Source: an uncultured Clostridia bacterium (lineage in GTDB: Bacteria; Bacillota; Clostridia; TANB77; CAG-508). From it: a DNA stretch of 64,000 bases. Position 1 is the first letter of the stretch. Each line of letters starts with the position of its first letter. The DNA lies in assembly GCA_944389745.1 (NCBI GenBank), contig CALXNM010000001.1, forward strand, positions 26,815-90,814, written 5' to 3'. Position numbers and translations under genes: made by a program. Positions 9,584 through 18,412 of this stretch are shown here, one piece after another. The notes beneath the pieces are model-generated. The model saw only the letters and a list, made by a program, of their open reading frames with translations. It did no database searches and was not told the origin of the DNA.

Positions 9584-10478
9584 TTAATTTAACAATTTAT
9601 CTATTATTTCTTTTATATATTTTCCAGCAGCTTTTGGCATTTCTTTTCCTGGTATTCCAAGTGCTATTATCACTTTTATTTTTTTGGATAAGGCATATTC
9701 TTTATCTATTCCCCCTGGATTTGACGCCAAATCTATAATTAATATATCTTTATCAAATGAATCTATTTTCTTTGAATCAATAACCTTAGAAGGAACTGTA
9801 TTTATTAATATATCAAATTTATTTCCGCAATTCTTCTATTTCATTATATCTTAAAGGAATATAGCCTTCTTCTCTAATCCATGCTAAGTCTGTGTCTCTT
9901 CTTGCTGCACAATATACTTTAGCTCCTAGACTTTTCAATCTATTACATAAAATTTTGCCAATTCTTCCGAAACCACAAACTAGTATATTACTTTCGTGAA
10001 TGGTATCTTCTCTTTCATGTATTATTATTTTGATTGTTCCTTCAACTGTTGGAATAGAATTTAAAATATTAAATTCTTCATTTTCTAATAAATCTATATT
10101 ATTTATTTTTCCATTATAGAATTCTTTTGGGATTTTTCCTGATATAAAATTTATATTTTCGTTACTTTTATTTTTTAAATATGTAGAGTAATTAGATAGT
10201 TTTTCTAACAATTCTTCTATCTCTATTTTATTCTCAGAAAGTGGTGTATTTATATATTTATCATCCCTTGATAAAGGTATACTACTTATAATATTTTTTG
10301 ATGAAGAAATAACATCTTCAATATTTTTGCACATTATGATATTATTGTCAATTTCTATTTGCTTATTTTGATTAAAATATTTTTCCATTCCATAAGTATA
10401 AATTTTGTTTTTCTCTTTTGCATACATCTCTGCTAATCTTGCAATTCTTAAATCTCCACCAATTATTGAAATATCCAT
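9584..10478 (-). pseudogene. dpaA: Dipicolinate synthase subunit A (spoVFA/dpaA), interrupted by a 1-nt frameshift near 9819-9835
   Basis: The first frame reads MDISIIGGDLRIA...IPTVEGTI...CGFGRIGK...NEIEELRK*. A second frame continues GNKFDILINTVPSKVI...IIDLASNPGGIDKEYA...ALGIPGKEMPKAAGKYIKEIIDKLLN*. Both parts align with B. subtilis SpoVFA from memory. Confidence 0.75.
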
Positions 10479-10534
10479 AAAAAAAATCACATCCTCATAC
10501 AATATTTATATATTATATGAGGATATCTTGTACT

Positions 10535-11752
10535 TTATTTACTTCTTTGATAATCATCTCTACTTCTTTCATTTTCTCTTATTTTTTTCATCATTGCAAT
10601 GTCTTCATTATTAAGACTTGCACTTAATGTACATATTTTAGATAAATGATTTATAGCTTTTTTCTCTTTTAATTTCATCTTGTTTCTGCGTCTTTCTGCA
10701 TTTATTTCCTTAGCTGGCTTTTTTATTTCTGCCTTAATTGGAGTAAATACAGTTTCTTTTTGTACTTTTTTATACATACTTGGCTCTAATTCAACTGCAA
10801 TATTCATATAATTTATAGCTTTTTCCTTATCACCTTTAAGCATTGCAACTTGCGCTAAGTAATAGTATGATCCAGACTCTGCATCTTCTCCTTTTAAACT
10901 TTCTTTAAAATATTTTTCTGCTTCATCTAAATCTCCTTCTATTAAAGCAATTTGTCCTATACTTAATTTTGCATTATATAAAAGTGAATTAATTTCTGCA
11001 GCTTTTTTATAAAACTCTTTTGCTCTTTGAAAATCATTAAGCATTGTGCATACCATTCCTAAATTATAGTATAAATCATAGTCTCCCGGATGGTATCTTA
11101 GAGCACTCATATATACATTTATTGCTTCTTTGTATCTTTCATTTGAATATAATATTTCTCCCAAAAGATTTGATGCATCATAATATTCTGGCTTCTTTTT
11201 TAATAAATCTTGTAACATTGTAATTGCATCATCTGGTCTTTCAACTTTATTTAATAAGCTAGCTAAATTAAGACTAATTTTTAAATCTTTATTATTTATT
11301 TCAGTTGTACGAATATATTCATCTATTGCTAAATCGTATTTTCCATCTTTTTCATATACTTCTGCCAATAGCTTGTGACCAACATAACTATCTGGATATT
11401 TATTTATTAACTTAAATAAATATTCTTTTGCCCTATCTATATTTCCAGATTTTAATGCTATATTAGCTAAAGTAATATTTAACATTTCTGGGAAATCCAC
11501 TTTTTTATATTTTTCTATTAATAAAATAATTCCAGGAATTATAATAGATAATAAATAAATTATTACTTTAAAAAATATATTTAATTTTACACTAAATAAT
11601 AATTCTATGAAATTAATTACTATACCTATAAACTCTATTCCCAATATATATACATAACTTGTATCGTTTTTTCTAATAAATCTACCAAAAGTTATAATAA
11701 ATATTGCAAAAGCCAATAAATTAAATATGATTTTCTCTACCAATTCTGTCAC
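10535..11752 (-). CDS. Membrane-anchored tetratricopeptide (TPR) repeat protein
   Basis: N-terminal TM helices followed by multiple TPR-like repeats (e.g. GNIDRAKEYLFKLINKYPDSY, GKYDLAIDEY). The start is uncertain (GTG 11752 or the nearby TTG). Confidence 0.7.
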   Translation of the reverse strand: MTELVEKIIFNLLAFAIFIITFGRFIRKNDTSYVYILGIEFIGIVINFIELLFSVKLNIFFKVIIYLLSIIIPGIILLIEKYKKVDFPEMLNITLANIALKSGNIDRAKEYLFKLINKYPDSYVGHKLLAEVYEKDGKYDLAIDEYIRTTEINNKDLKISLNLASLLNKVERPDDAITMLQDLLKKKPEYYDASNLLGEILYSNERYKEAINVYMSALRYHPGDYDLYYNLGMVCTMLNDFQRAKEFYKKAAEINSLLYNAKLSIGQIALIEGDLDEAEKYFKESLKGEDAESGSYYYLAQVAMLKGDKEKAINYMNIAVELEPSMYKKVQKETVFTPIKAEIKKPAKEINAERRRNKMKLKEKKAINHLSKICTLSASLNNEDIAMMKKIRENERSRDDYQRSK

Positions 11753-11874
11753 CGCCTATTTTCTAATTTGTTCTGCTTTTGTAATTAATTAATTCAATAG
11801 CAAAGTTTATTGCAATAGCATACTTTAATAGTAAGCTTTTATTTTAGCAACAAACTTCTACTCTAATAGTAACT

Positions 11875-12405
11875 TTATCTATTAAATTTTTCATCATATG
11901 CTTTCATACATTTTTCAATAATTCTTTCTGCATCTTCTCTACCTAGCATTCTATCTACTGTAGTTGTTTTTCCTTCTAATTGTTTATACACTTCAAAGAA
12001 ATGTTTAATCTCATCTGATATATGTCTAGGTATTTCAGTTATATCTTTATATTCATTTAAATATGGGTCTTTTTTTGAAATTGCAATTATTTTTTCATCT
12101 TCTTCGCCACTATCATTCATAATTAAAACTCCAATAGGATAACATTCAACTAATGTTAGTGGAATAATTTGCTCATTACATAAAATAAGTACATCTAATG
12201 GGTCATTATCTTCTGCATATGTACGAGGTATAAAGCCATAATTTGTTGGATAATGTGTTGCTGTGTATAGTACTCTATCTAATTTTAGCATTCCTGTTTC
12301 TTTATCTAGCTCGTATTTAACATCTCCACCTTTAGGTATTTCAACAACACCTATAAAATCATTTTTATTTATTCTTTCTTTACTTATATCATGCCATATA
12401 TTCAT
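11875..12405 (-). CDS. ppa: Inorganic pyrophosphatase, family I
   Basis: VVEIPKGGDVKYELDKETGMLKLDRVL and YGFIPRTYAEDNDPLDVLIL motifs. I prefer the second ATG (12405) on RBS spacing. Confidence 0.9.
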   Translation of the reverse strand: MNIWHDISKERINKNDFIGVVEIPKGGDVKYELDKETGMLKLDRVLYTATHYPTNYGFIPRTYAEDNDPLDVLILCNEQIIPLTLVECYPIGVLIMNDSGEEDEKIIAISKKDPYLNEYKDITEIPRHISDEIKHFFEVYKQLEGKTTTVDRMLGREDAERIIEKCMKAYDEKFNR

Positions 12406-12499
12406 TTTCATCTTTCCTTTGTTTTATATTTTTATTTTACATTATTGTAAAACAAATATACAAAAAAGTCTAGCCCCATGAAGCAAAATGAAAAAGCCC

Positions 12500-12541
12500 T
12501 AAAAAAAGAAACCTCCGGACACGATGTGCTCGCATCCGGAG
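12500..12541 (-). terminator. GC-rich rho-independent terminator of the GC-rich cassette gene
   Basis: The minus strand reads CTCCGGA-N15-TCCGGAG followed by GTTTCTTTTTTT. Confidence 0.7.
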
Positions 12542-12590
12542 TAGGTTGAAGTTTCGGAATTATACCTCCACAACCACCTGGGTTTCTTGC

Positions 12591-13007
12591 TTAGTACGCC
12601 TGGTTAAGGATCTCCGCGATCTCCTCGAGATTCTCACAGACGCGGCAGCCCTTGGCCACGAGAGCCTTCTTGATCTTGGCAATGCCCTTGACCTGATTTT
12701 CAGGCAGGTCGCCAACAGTTGCGAAGACCAGCTTCTCGGGTGCGCGGTGAGCTTCCTCGCAAATCTCGAAACCAGAATAGGTACCGAGTGCATCGCCAGT
12801 GATGACGAAGACGTTGATACCGGCAACCGGCTTGCAGGCGTCTTCACGCTCTGCATCCTCAGGGGTCCAATCAGGGACCTGCGGATCGAAGTAAGGAACG
12901 GAGTCCTTCAGCATGCTGATAAGTTCAGCACGCCAGGTTGAGTCGGCACAAGTGCCGCCCAGGAATACGCAGTTGTTGTACAGTGCCTTGTTGTCATTGA
13001 CCTTCAT
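12591..13007 (-). CDS. Nucleoside 2-deoxyribosyltransferase-like protein (138 aa) on a GC-rich insert
   Basis: MKVNDNKALYNNCVFLGGTCADSTWRAELISML...YFDPQVPDWTPE...VFVITGDALGTYSGFEICEE matches my memory of the Nuc_deoxyri_tr2-type family. GGAAAGGA RBS lies 6 nt before ATG 13007. Codon usage is GC-rich, unlike the neighbours. Confidence 0.7.
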   Translation of the reverse strand: MKVNDNKALYNNCVFLGGTCADSTWRAELISMLKDSVPYFDPQVPDWTPEDAEREDACKPVAGINVFVITGDALGTYSGFEICEEAHRAPEKLVFATVGDLPENQVKGIAKIKKALVAKGCRVCENLEEIAEILNQAY

Positions 13008-13078
13008 GAGAAATCCTTTCCGCCCTTGTAGGACTTGGCTGTAAACGCCCATTTTGTTGAATACCTTACGGTAGATAT

Positions 13079-13107
13079 ATTATACCATAATTTACATAAT
13101 ATTTCAA
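13079..13107 (-). promoter_or_regulatory. Strong sigma-A-type promoter with extended -10
   Basis: The minus strand reads TTGAAA-TATTATGTAAATTATGG-TATAAT (17-nt spacer, TGn extended -10), about 70 nt upstream of the ATG at 13007. Confidence 0.55.
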
Positions 13108-13155
13108 ATATGTGCAATTTTTGTAATATGAGTTTCTTAATTTAATATTTATTTT

Positions 13156-15489
13156 TTATTTAGATACTTTTTCTAAAGCTTTTTCAACCGCTTCTCTTTC
13201 ATCCCAGAAATATTGTACTCCTTTAATTTCTTGGTATTGCTCGTGTCCTTTACCTATTAAAAGAATAATATCTCCTTCCATTGCATTTTTCATTGCATAT
13301 TCAATTGCTTCTTGTCTATCATCTATTATAATATATTTTCCGTTGCTTCTATTTAAGCCTGTAATTATATCATTATTTATTGATTCTAGCTCTTCAAATC
13401 TTGGGTTATCTTCTGTAAGAATTGTAAGTCCTGCATATTTACCCGAAATTTCTCCCATATCATATCTTCTGTCTTTTGCTCTATTGCCTCCACCACCGAA
13501 TATACATACTATTCTTTTTGGTTTATATTCCATTATTGTTTCCATAAGGTTGGTCATTTCATCTTCGTTGTGAGCATAATCTATAATTAATTTATATTTA
13601 TCATTAGAAACTGCAAGTTCCATTCTTCCTTTTACAGATGCTGTTGTAAGAGCTTTTTTCATTGCTTCTATACTTACTCCTAATTCATTTGCAATTGTTA
13701 TTGCGCATAATGAATTATAAACGGAAAATCTGCCGGGAATAGCTACTTCAAAACTATCGTTAATTTTTCCTGTTACATCAAATCCCATTCCTAAATATTT
13801 ATCGTTCATAATAAATTTTATGTTTGATGCTTTCATATCTAGATTTTCTTCATTCATTCCAAATTTAATAACTCTACAAGTATGATTTTGTAATATGTTT
13901 TCATAATTTTTATCGTCTGCATTTATTATTCCAATATTACATTTTTGGAATAATAAGCTTTTACAATTCATATATTCTTCAAAGCTTGCATGTTCATTTG
14001 GTCCTATATGTTCATTTGATATGTTGGTAAATACTCCATAATCAAATGTAAAACCATCTACTCTGTGAAGTTTTAGCGCTTGTGAAGACACTTCCATTAT
14101 TGCATATTTGCAATCTTCTTCACACATTTCTCTTAACAATTTTTGTATTTCATAATTTTCAGGTGTTGTATTATGAAGTGTAATTTTTCTCTTTCCTATA
14201 AAGGCTCCTATTGTTCCTATTAAACCAGCTTTTTTTCCATCAGCTTCTAACATTCTTTTCAATATAGTTGAAGTTGATGTTTTTCCTGCGGTTCCTGTTA
14301 TACCAACTACAGTCAATTCTTTAGCAGGATAATTAAAATATGCTGCAGATATTTCCGCCATTGCTTCTCTTGAAGATTTAACTTTTATTACTGTTACATC
14401 CTCTTTTGGCATATCTATATTCTTTTCTATTACTAATACTTTAGCACCTTTTTTTATAACATCTGGAATGTATTTATGTCCATCTGCTACGCTTCCTATT
14501 TTTGCTATATACATATCATCTGGTTCAATTTTTCTAGAATCATCTTTTATATCGGAAATTTCTACATCTAAACTACCTTTTAAAAGTTCATAATCCACAT
14601 TTTTTAATAAATCTGTTAATTTTGTAATTCTATTCTTTTTTAGTATATTGTCTACATCAATTTCAGATTCAAATACTGTGTGTGATGGACCTTTCATAAA
14701 CATTGTACCGGTTTCTTCATCCCAGTTTGTTTCTAATATTCCGCCTATTTGGTGAACTTTTACTTGTCTGTCACATCTACCAGTTAAAACCCCCGCTACT
14801 ACTGCCGTACAGCAACCTGTACCACAGCCTATAGTTTCTCCTGTTCCCCTTTCCCATTCTCTTATTTTTATAGTATGTCTATCTATTAATTGTGCGAATG
14901 TTACATTTGTTTTATATGGGAATATTTCTGTTTTATGTTCTATTTCTTTTCCGTATTTTTCTACATCAAAATTATCTACATCATCTAAAAACATTACACA
15001 ATGAGGATTTCCCCATGATACTGCAGTTATTTTAAATGTTTTATCCAATACTTTTACTTCTTGTTCTATAAATTCAGGAAGATTTGTATTTACTGGAATA
15101 ATTTTTGTATCTAATCCTGGTTTTCCTATATTTGCTTCTATATTTATAGCTTTTCCATTTTCTACTGTTAATTTTACATGTTTAATTCCACCAAGTGTTT
15201 CTATATCTAATTCAGTTTTATCTGTTAATTTATGGTCATATACATATTTGCTTAAACTTCTTAAAGCATTACCACACATTTCTCCTTCAGTTCCATCAGG
15301 ATTGAACATTCTCATTCTAAAATCTGCCACATCTGAACTGCAAATTAAAACAAGTCCATCAGAACCTACTCCAAAATGTCTGTCACTTATATATTTAGCA
15401 AGTTCATGTACATTATTTATTTTTTGATTTATTGCATCTATATATACATAGTCATTGCCATATGCTTGCATTTTTGTAAATCTTGTCAT
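13156..15489 (-). CDS. dapF-murE: Fusion protein: diaminopimelate epimerase (N-terminal ~280 aa) + UDP-MurNAc-L-Ala-D-Glu:meso-DAP ligase (C-terminal ~490 aa)
   Basis: The DapF part has YGNDYVYID, the catalytic Cys motifs EMCGNA and GCGTGCCTA, and the ending MKGPSHTVFESEI. The MurE part has DSRKIEPDDMYIA...DGHKY, the P-loop GITGTAGKTST and the DNPR motif (13399-13410). It is a single uninterrupted frame with a GGAGG RBS before ATG 15489. Confidence 0.88.
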   Translation of the reverse strand: MTRFTKMQAYGNDYVYIDAINQKINNVHELAKYISDRHFGVGSDGLVLICSSDVADFRMRMFNPDGTEGEMCGNALRSLSKYVYDHKLTDKTELDIETLGGIKHVKLTVENGKAINIEANIGKPGLDTKIIPVNTNLPEFIEQEVKVLDKTFKITAVSWGNPHCVMFLDDVDNFDVEKYGKEIEHKTEIFPYKTNVTFAQLIDRHTIKIREWERGTGETIGCGTGCCTAVVAGVLTGRCDRQVKVHQIGGILETNWDEETGTMFMKGPSHTVFESEIDVDNILKKNRITKLTDLLKNVDYELLKGSLDVEISDIKDDSRKIEPDDMYIAKIGSVADGHKYIPDVIKKGAKVLVIEKNIDMPKEDVTVIKVKSSREAMAEISAAYFNYPAKELTVVGITGTAGKTSTSTILKRMLEADGKKAGLIGTIGAFIGKRKITLHNTTPENYEIQKLLREMCEEDCKYAIMEVSSQALKLHRVDGFTFDYGVFTNISNEHIGPNEHASFEEYMNCKSLLFQKCNIGIINADDKNYENILQNHTCRVIKFGMNEENLDMKASNIKFIMNDKYLGMGFDVTGKINDSFEVAIPGRFSVYNSLCAITIANELGVSIEAMKKALTTASVKGRMELAVSNDKYKLIIDYAHNEDEMTNLMETIMEYKPKRIVCIFGGGGNRAKDRRYDMGEISGKYAGLTILTEDNPRFEELESINNDIITGLNRSNGKYIIIDDRQEAIEYAMKNAMEGDIILLIGKGHEQYQEIKGVQYFWDEREAVEKALEKVSK

Positions 15490-15580
15490 TTTAATTCCTC
15501 CCCATTTTAGCACAATTTAAACAGACCTATTCAGTCAAAATTTCTTAACTTTGGCTAAATATGTCTGCTTTTTATATACT

Positions 15581-16759
15581 TTATTTCATTGCTTGCTCTA
15601 AATCTGCAATTAAGTCATCTGCATCTTCAATTCCTACAGATAAACGTAATAATGTGTCTGTAATTCCTAGAGCATTTCTTTTTTCTTCTGAAATTTCTGT
15701 ATGTGTTCTACTTACTGGGTGAGTAATTAAACTTTCTACTCCACCTAAGCTTTCTGCAAATATAATTAATTTTAAATTTGATAAAATATTGTTTACAGTT
15801 TCCATGCTATCTACTCTGAAAGAAATCATTCCTCCAAATCCAGTAGTTTGCTTTTTAGTAACTGCATAGTCTTTATGATCTTCAAATCCTACATAGTATA
15901 CTTGTTCTACATGTGGTTGTTCTCTAAGCCATGTAGCCACTTTCATAGCATTTTCTGCATGCTTGTCCATTCTTAATGCTAATGTTTTTATTCCTCTTAA
16001 CATTAACCATGAATCCATTGGTCCAAGACCTGCACCATAGATATACATTTGAATTTCTAGTTTTTCACCAATCTGACTGTCTTTTACTACAACCATTCCA
16101 GCCACAACATCATTATGTCCTGCCAAATACTTTGTACCACTATGAACAACTATATCAGCTCCGTGTGTAAGTGGTTTTTGGAAATATGGTGTTAAAAATG
16201 TATTATCTACTACGACTAATGCTCCTATATCATGTCCAATTTTTGATATTTTTTCAATATCTGCAACTTTCATCATAGGATTTGTTGGTGTTTCAATAAA
16301 TATCATTTTTGTATTTTTCTTGATAGTTTTCTTTAATAAATCTATATCAGATAAATCAATACTATCATACTCTACTCCATTTACTGTTAGTACTTCATTA
16401 ACTTCTCTAAATGTACCTCCATAGATATCGTCAGACATAACAATATGATCTCCTGGTTTTAATAAAGAGAACACAAGTGTTATAGCAGCCATTCCTGAGT
16501 TAACAGCAAAAGCTCTTGTTCCTTCCTCTAATATTGTCATTGTCTTTTCTAATTCTTCTCTTGTTGGATTAATACATCTTGAGTAGTTATATGGGTCTCT
16601 CTTTTCAATTGAGCTATGTTTGTATGTTGCTGTTTGATAAATTGGGAAACTTATTGAACCAGTTGCTGGATCAACCCCAAGTGCACCATGTACTACTTTT
16701 GATGCAAATTTTAAATTTTCCTTTCTGTCAAAATTTGAATAATCTTTTGAATCTTTCAT
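15581..16759 (-). CDS. Cys/Met-metabolism PLP-dependent enzyme (cystathionine beta-lyase / gamma-synthase family)
   Basis: Family-typical N-terminus (FPIYQTATY) and the PLP-lysine motif HSGTKYLAGHND. Confidence 0.85.
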   Translation of the reverse strand: MKDSKDYSNFDRKENLKFASKVVHGALGVDPATGSISFPIYQTATYKHSSIEKRDPYNYSRCINPTREELEKTMTILEEGTRAFAVNSGMAAITLVFSLLKPGDHIVMSDDIYGGTFREVNEVLTVNGVEYDSIDLSDIDLLKKTIKKNTKMIFIETPTNPMMKVADIEKISKIGHDIGALVVVDNTFLTPYFQKPLTHGADIVVHSGTKYLAGHNDVVAGMVVVKDSQIGEKLEIQMYIYGAGLGPMDSWLMLRGIKTLALRMDKHAENAMKVATWLREQPHVEQVYYVGFEDHKDYAVTKKQTTGFGGMISFRVDSMETVNNILSNLKLIIFAESLGGVESLITHPVSRTHTEISEEKRNALGITDTLLRLSVGIEDADDLIADLEQAMK

Positions 16760-16973
16760 GTTTATTACCTCTAGTTTCTATATAATACACAGTATATTCT
16801 TAGTTAAGAATATAAGCCTGTCGGATAAACACATTTATTATTATATACTATAATTTGAAAATAGTACAGCTTTTTTGTAAAATTTATCCTTAAAGCTGCA
16901 TATTTTCAATTTTGTATTTTTTTCTTCTTAATTTATTTATTAGCACTCTTGATTTTAACCACATGTTTTTTAG

Positions 16974-17004
16974 CAAACAAAGCGGGCGAGTAGAACTCGC
17001 CCGC
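16974..17004 (-). terminator. GC-rich rho-independent terminator of the GNAT cassette
   Basis: The minus strand reads GCGGGCGAG-TTCTA-CTCGCCCGC followed by TTTGTTTG. Confidence 0.7.
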
Positions 17005-17023
17005 CAAGTCGCGTCCCGTGTTA

Positions 17024-17563
17024 TTAAATCTGGAACGCGAACCGCCTCCTCTCAAAGATTCTTCCTCTCGGAGTTGTCCATGTGAATGGAGCACTCATCT
17101 TTAAGCTTCCGGAGATGCTTGCATACTCCATCGTCTTGATGCTTGCCACATTGTCGGGATGGACAGTGCCAACTAGTGTGTTCACTCCAGTGAACTTCAG
17201 GTGATTGACACAAAGCTTCAGGCTTTGCCTAGCATAGCCTTGGCCCCAAAGCTCTGGGCGTACGGCGATTGCGTTGAAAGTAGCCACCTTCTCCTCAGGT
17301 ACTCCCTTCAGGAGTTCTCTATAGTCATGGTAGCTGCTTTCCTTAAGGAAAGCAATTGCAGCAACCGGTACAGGGTCACTACTACGATAGACGAGATAAA
17401 GAACATTCCTGTCTTTAGTCGCCTTCTTGGTTCCCTCCGGAGTCATACCTGCGAAGAATCGCTCCTTTCCCTCGTTCGTTAACTTTTTGAGAGCTCGGTA
17501 GAAGATTTCGTAGGCATCTTCCCAGCCTTCCTCCGTTACCCATTCTGCCTTCAGTCTAGCCAT
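17024..17563 (-). CDS. GNAT family N-acetyltransferase (179 aa) on a GC-rich insert
   Basis: The acetyl-CoA binding-type motif AIAVRPELWGQGYARQSL is present. AAGGAGG RBS lies before ATG 17563. Composition is much more GC-rich than the flanks. Confidence 0.8.
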   Translation of the reverse strand: MARLKAEWVTEEGWEDAYEIFYRALKKLTNEGKERFFAGMTPEGTKKATKDRNVLYLVYRSSDPVPVAAIAFLKESSYHDYRELLKGVPEEKVATFNAIAVRPELWGQGYARQSLKLCVNHLKFTGVNTLVGTVHPDNVASIKTMEYASISGSLKMSAPFTWTTPRGRIFERRRFAFQI

Positions 17564-17623
17564 AGATGTTCCTCCTTGATCGATGGCCAATACTAAGCAA
17601 CCCCCTTTGGTGGTTACATAATA

Positions 17624-17652
17624 ATTGTAGCATATTTTTACAAATTTTGCAA
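17624..17652 (-). promoter_or_regulatory. Putative promoter of the GNAT gene
   Basis: The minus strand reads TTGCAA-17 nt-TACAAT, located in AT-rich DNA directly upstream of the GC-rich segment. Confidence 0.45.
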
Positions 17653-17678
17653 AAATGATAAAATAATTTGAAATACTA

Positions 17679-17700
17679 AAAGCAGTCGTAAGACTGCTTT
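17679..17700 (-). terminator. Terminator downstream of the hlyIII-family gene
   Basis: AAAGCAGTC-GTAA-GACTGCTTT hairpin about 25 nt after the stop. Confidence 0.55.
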
Positions 17701-17725
17701 ATCTAACTTATTTATATATTTTTTA

Positions 17726-18400
17726 TTACATTACATATAGCAATATGCAGAAGAATTGAAGTAAACTACCTAATAATATAAATAAATGAAATATTGAATG
17801 CATCCATTTATGTTTTTTACCTATTCCATATAATATAGCTCCTATTGTATATGCTATACCTCCTGAGACTAGCAATACTAGTGCTGGTGTAGAAAGGAGT
17901 ACTGGAAGCAAGTTTGCTTTAAATATAATTGCCCATCCCATTCCTAAATAACATATCATAGAAAATTTTTTATATTTTTTTAAATCTATAGCATTTAGTA
18001 CAATTCCTATTATTGCCATTGCCCATATCACTCCAAAAATTGTCCAACCTGTTGCTGTATCGTATTCTCTAAATGTACATAATGCAAATGGCGTATATGA
18101 ACCTGCTATAAGCAAAAATATTGTACAATGATCTAATACTTGTAAAACCTTTTTTCCTTTACCTCTAGGACTTAAACCGTGATATATACTAGACATTGTA
18201 TATAGTATAAGCATTGTTGTTCCATATATTGCGCCACTTACTACTCCATAGCCATTTCCTCTAACTGCTGCAAATACAACACAAAGAACTATAGCAACAA
18301 CACCTAAAACAGCGCCAACTATATGTGATGTCATATTAAATATTTCTTCACCTTTTGTATAAGTAGGTAAAATTCTATCTTTTAATTTTGTCCTAGTCAT
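17726..18400 (-). CDS. Hemolysin III / PAQR family membrane protein
   Basis: Seven-TM profile with the conserved pattern E..N..SH...(L)DH..I...IAGSYTP and a C-terminal HLF motif. GAAGGAGG RBS is present. Confidence 0.85.
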   Translation of the reverse strand: MTRTKLKDRILPTYTKGEEIFNMTSHIVGAVLGVVAIVLCVVFAAVRGNGYGVVSGAIYGTTMLILYTMSSIYHGLSPRGKGKKVLQVLDHCTIFLLIAGSYTPFALCTFREYDTATGWTIFGVIWAMAIIGIVLNAIDLKKYKKFSMICYLGMGWAIIFKANLLPVLLSTPALVLLVSGGIAYTIGAILYGIGKKHKWMHSIFHLFILLGSLLQFFCILLYVM

Positions 18401-18412
18401 AAATTCCTCCTT

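Noticed and set aside
12546-12941. Plus-strand 131-aa ORF (and the minus-strand 98-aa ORF at 12560-12856) inside the GC-rich cassette
   Set aside because: Long stop-free frames are expected by chance in GC-rich DNA. Neither ORF has an RBS or a recognisable protein pattern. The 12591-13007 minus-strand frame has both an RBS and family-like motifs.
16760-16975. SAM (S-box) riboswitch or T-box upstream of the PLP transsulfuration gene, and a T-box upstream of leuS (42296-42478)
   Set aside because: No S-box core or T-box GGGTGGTACCGCG-like sequence is present. The leuS leader is too short for a T-box.
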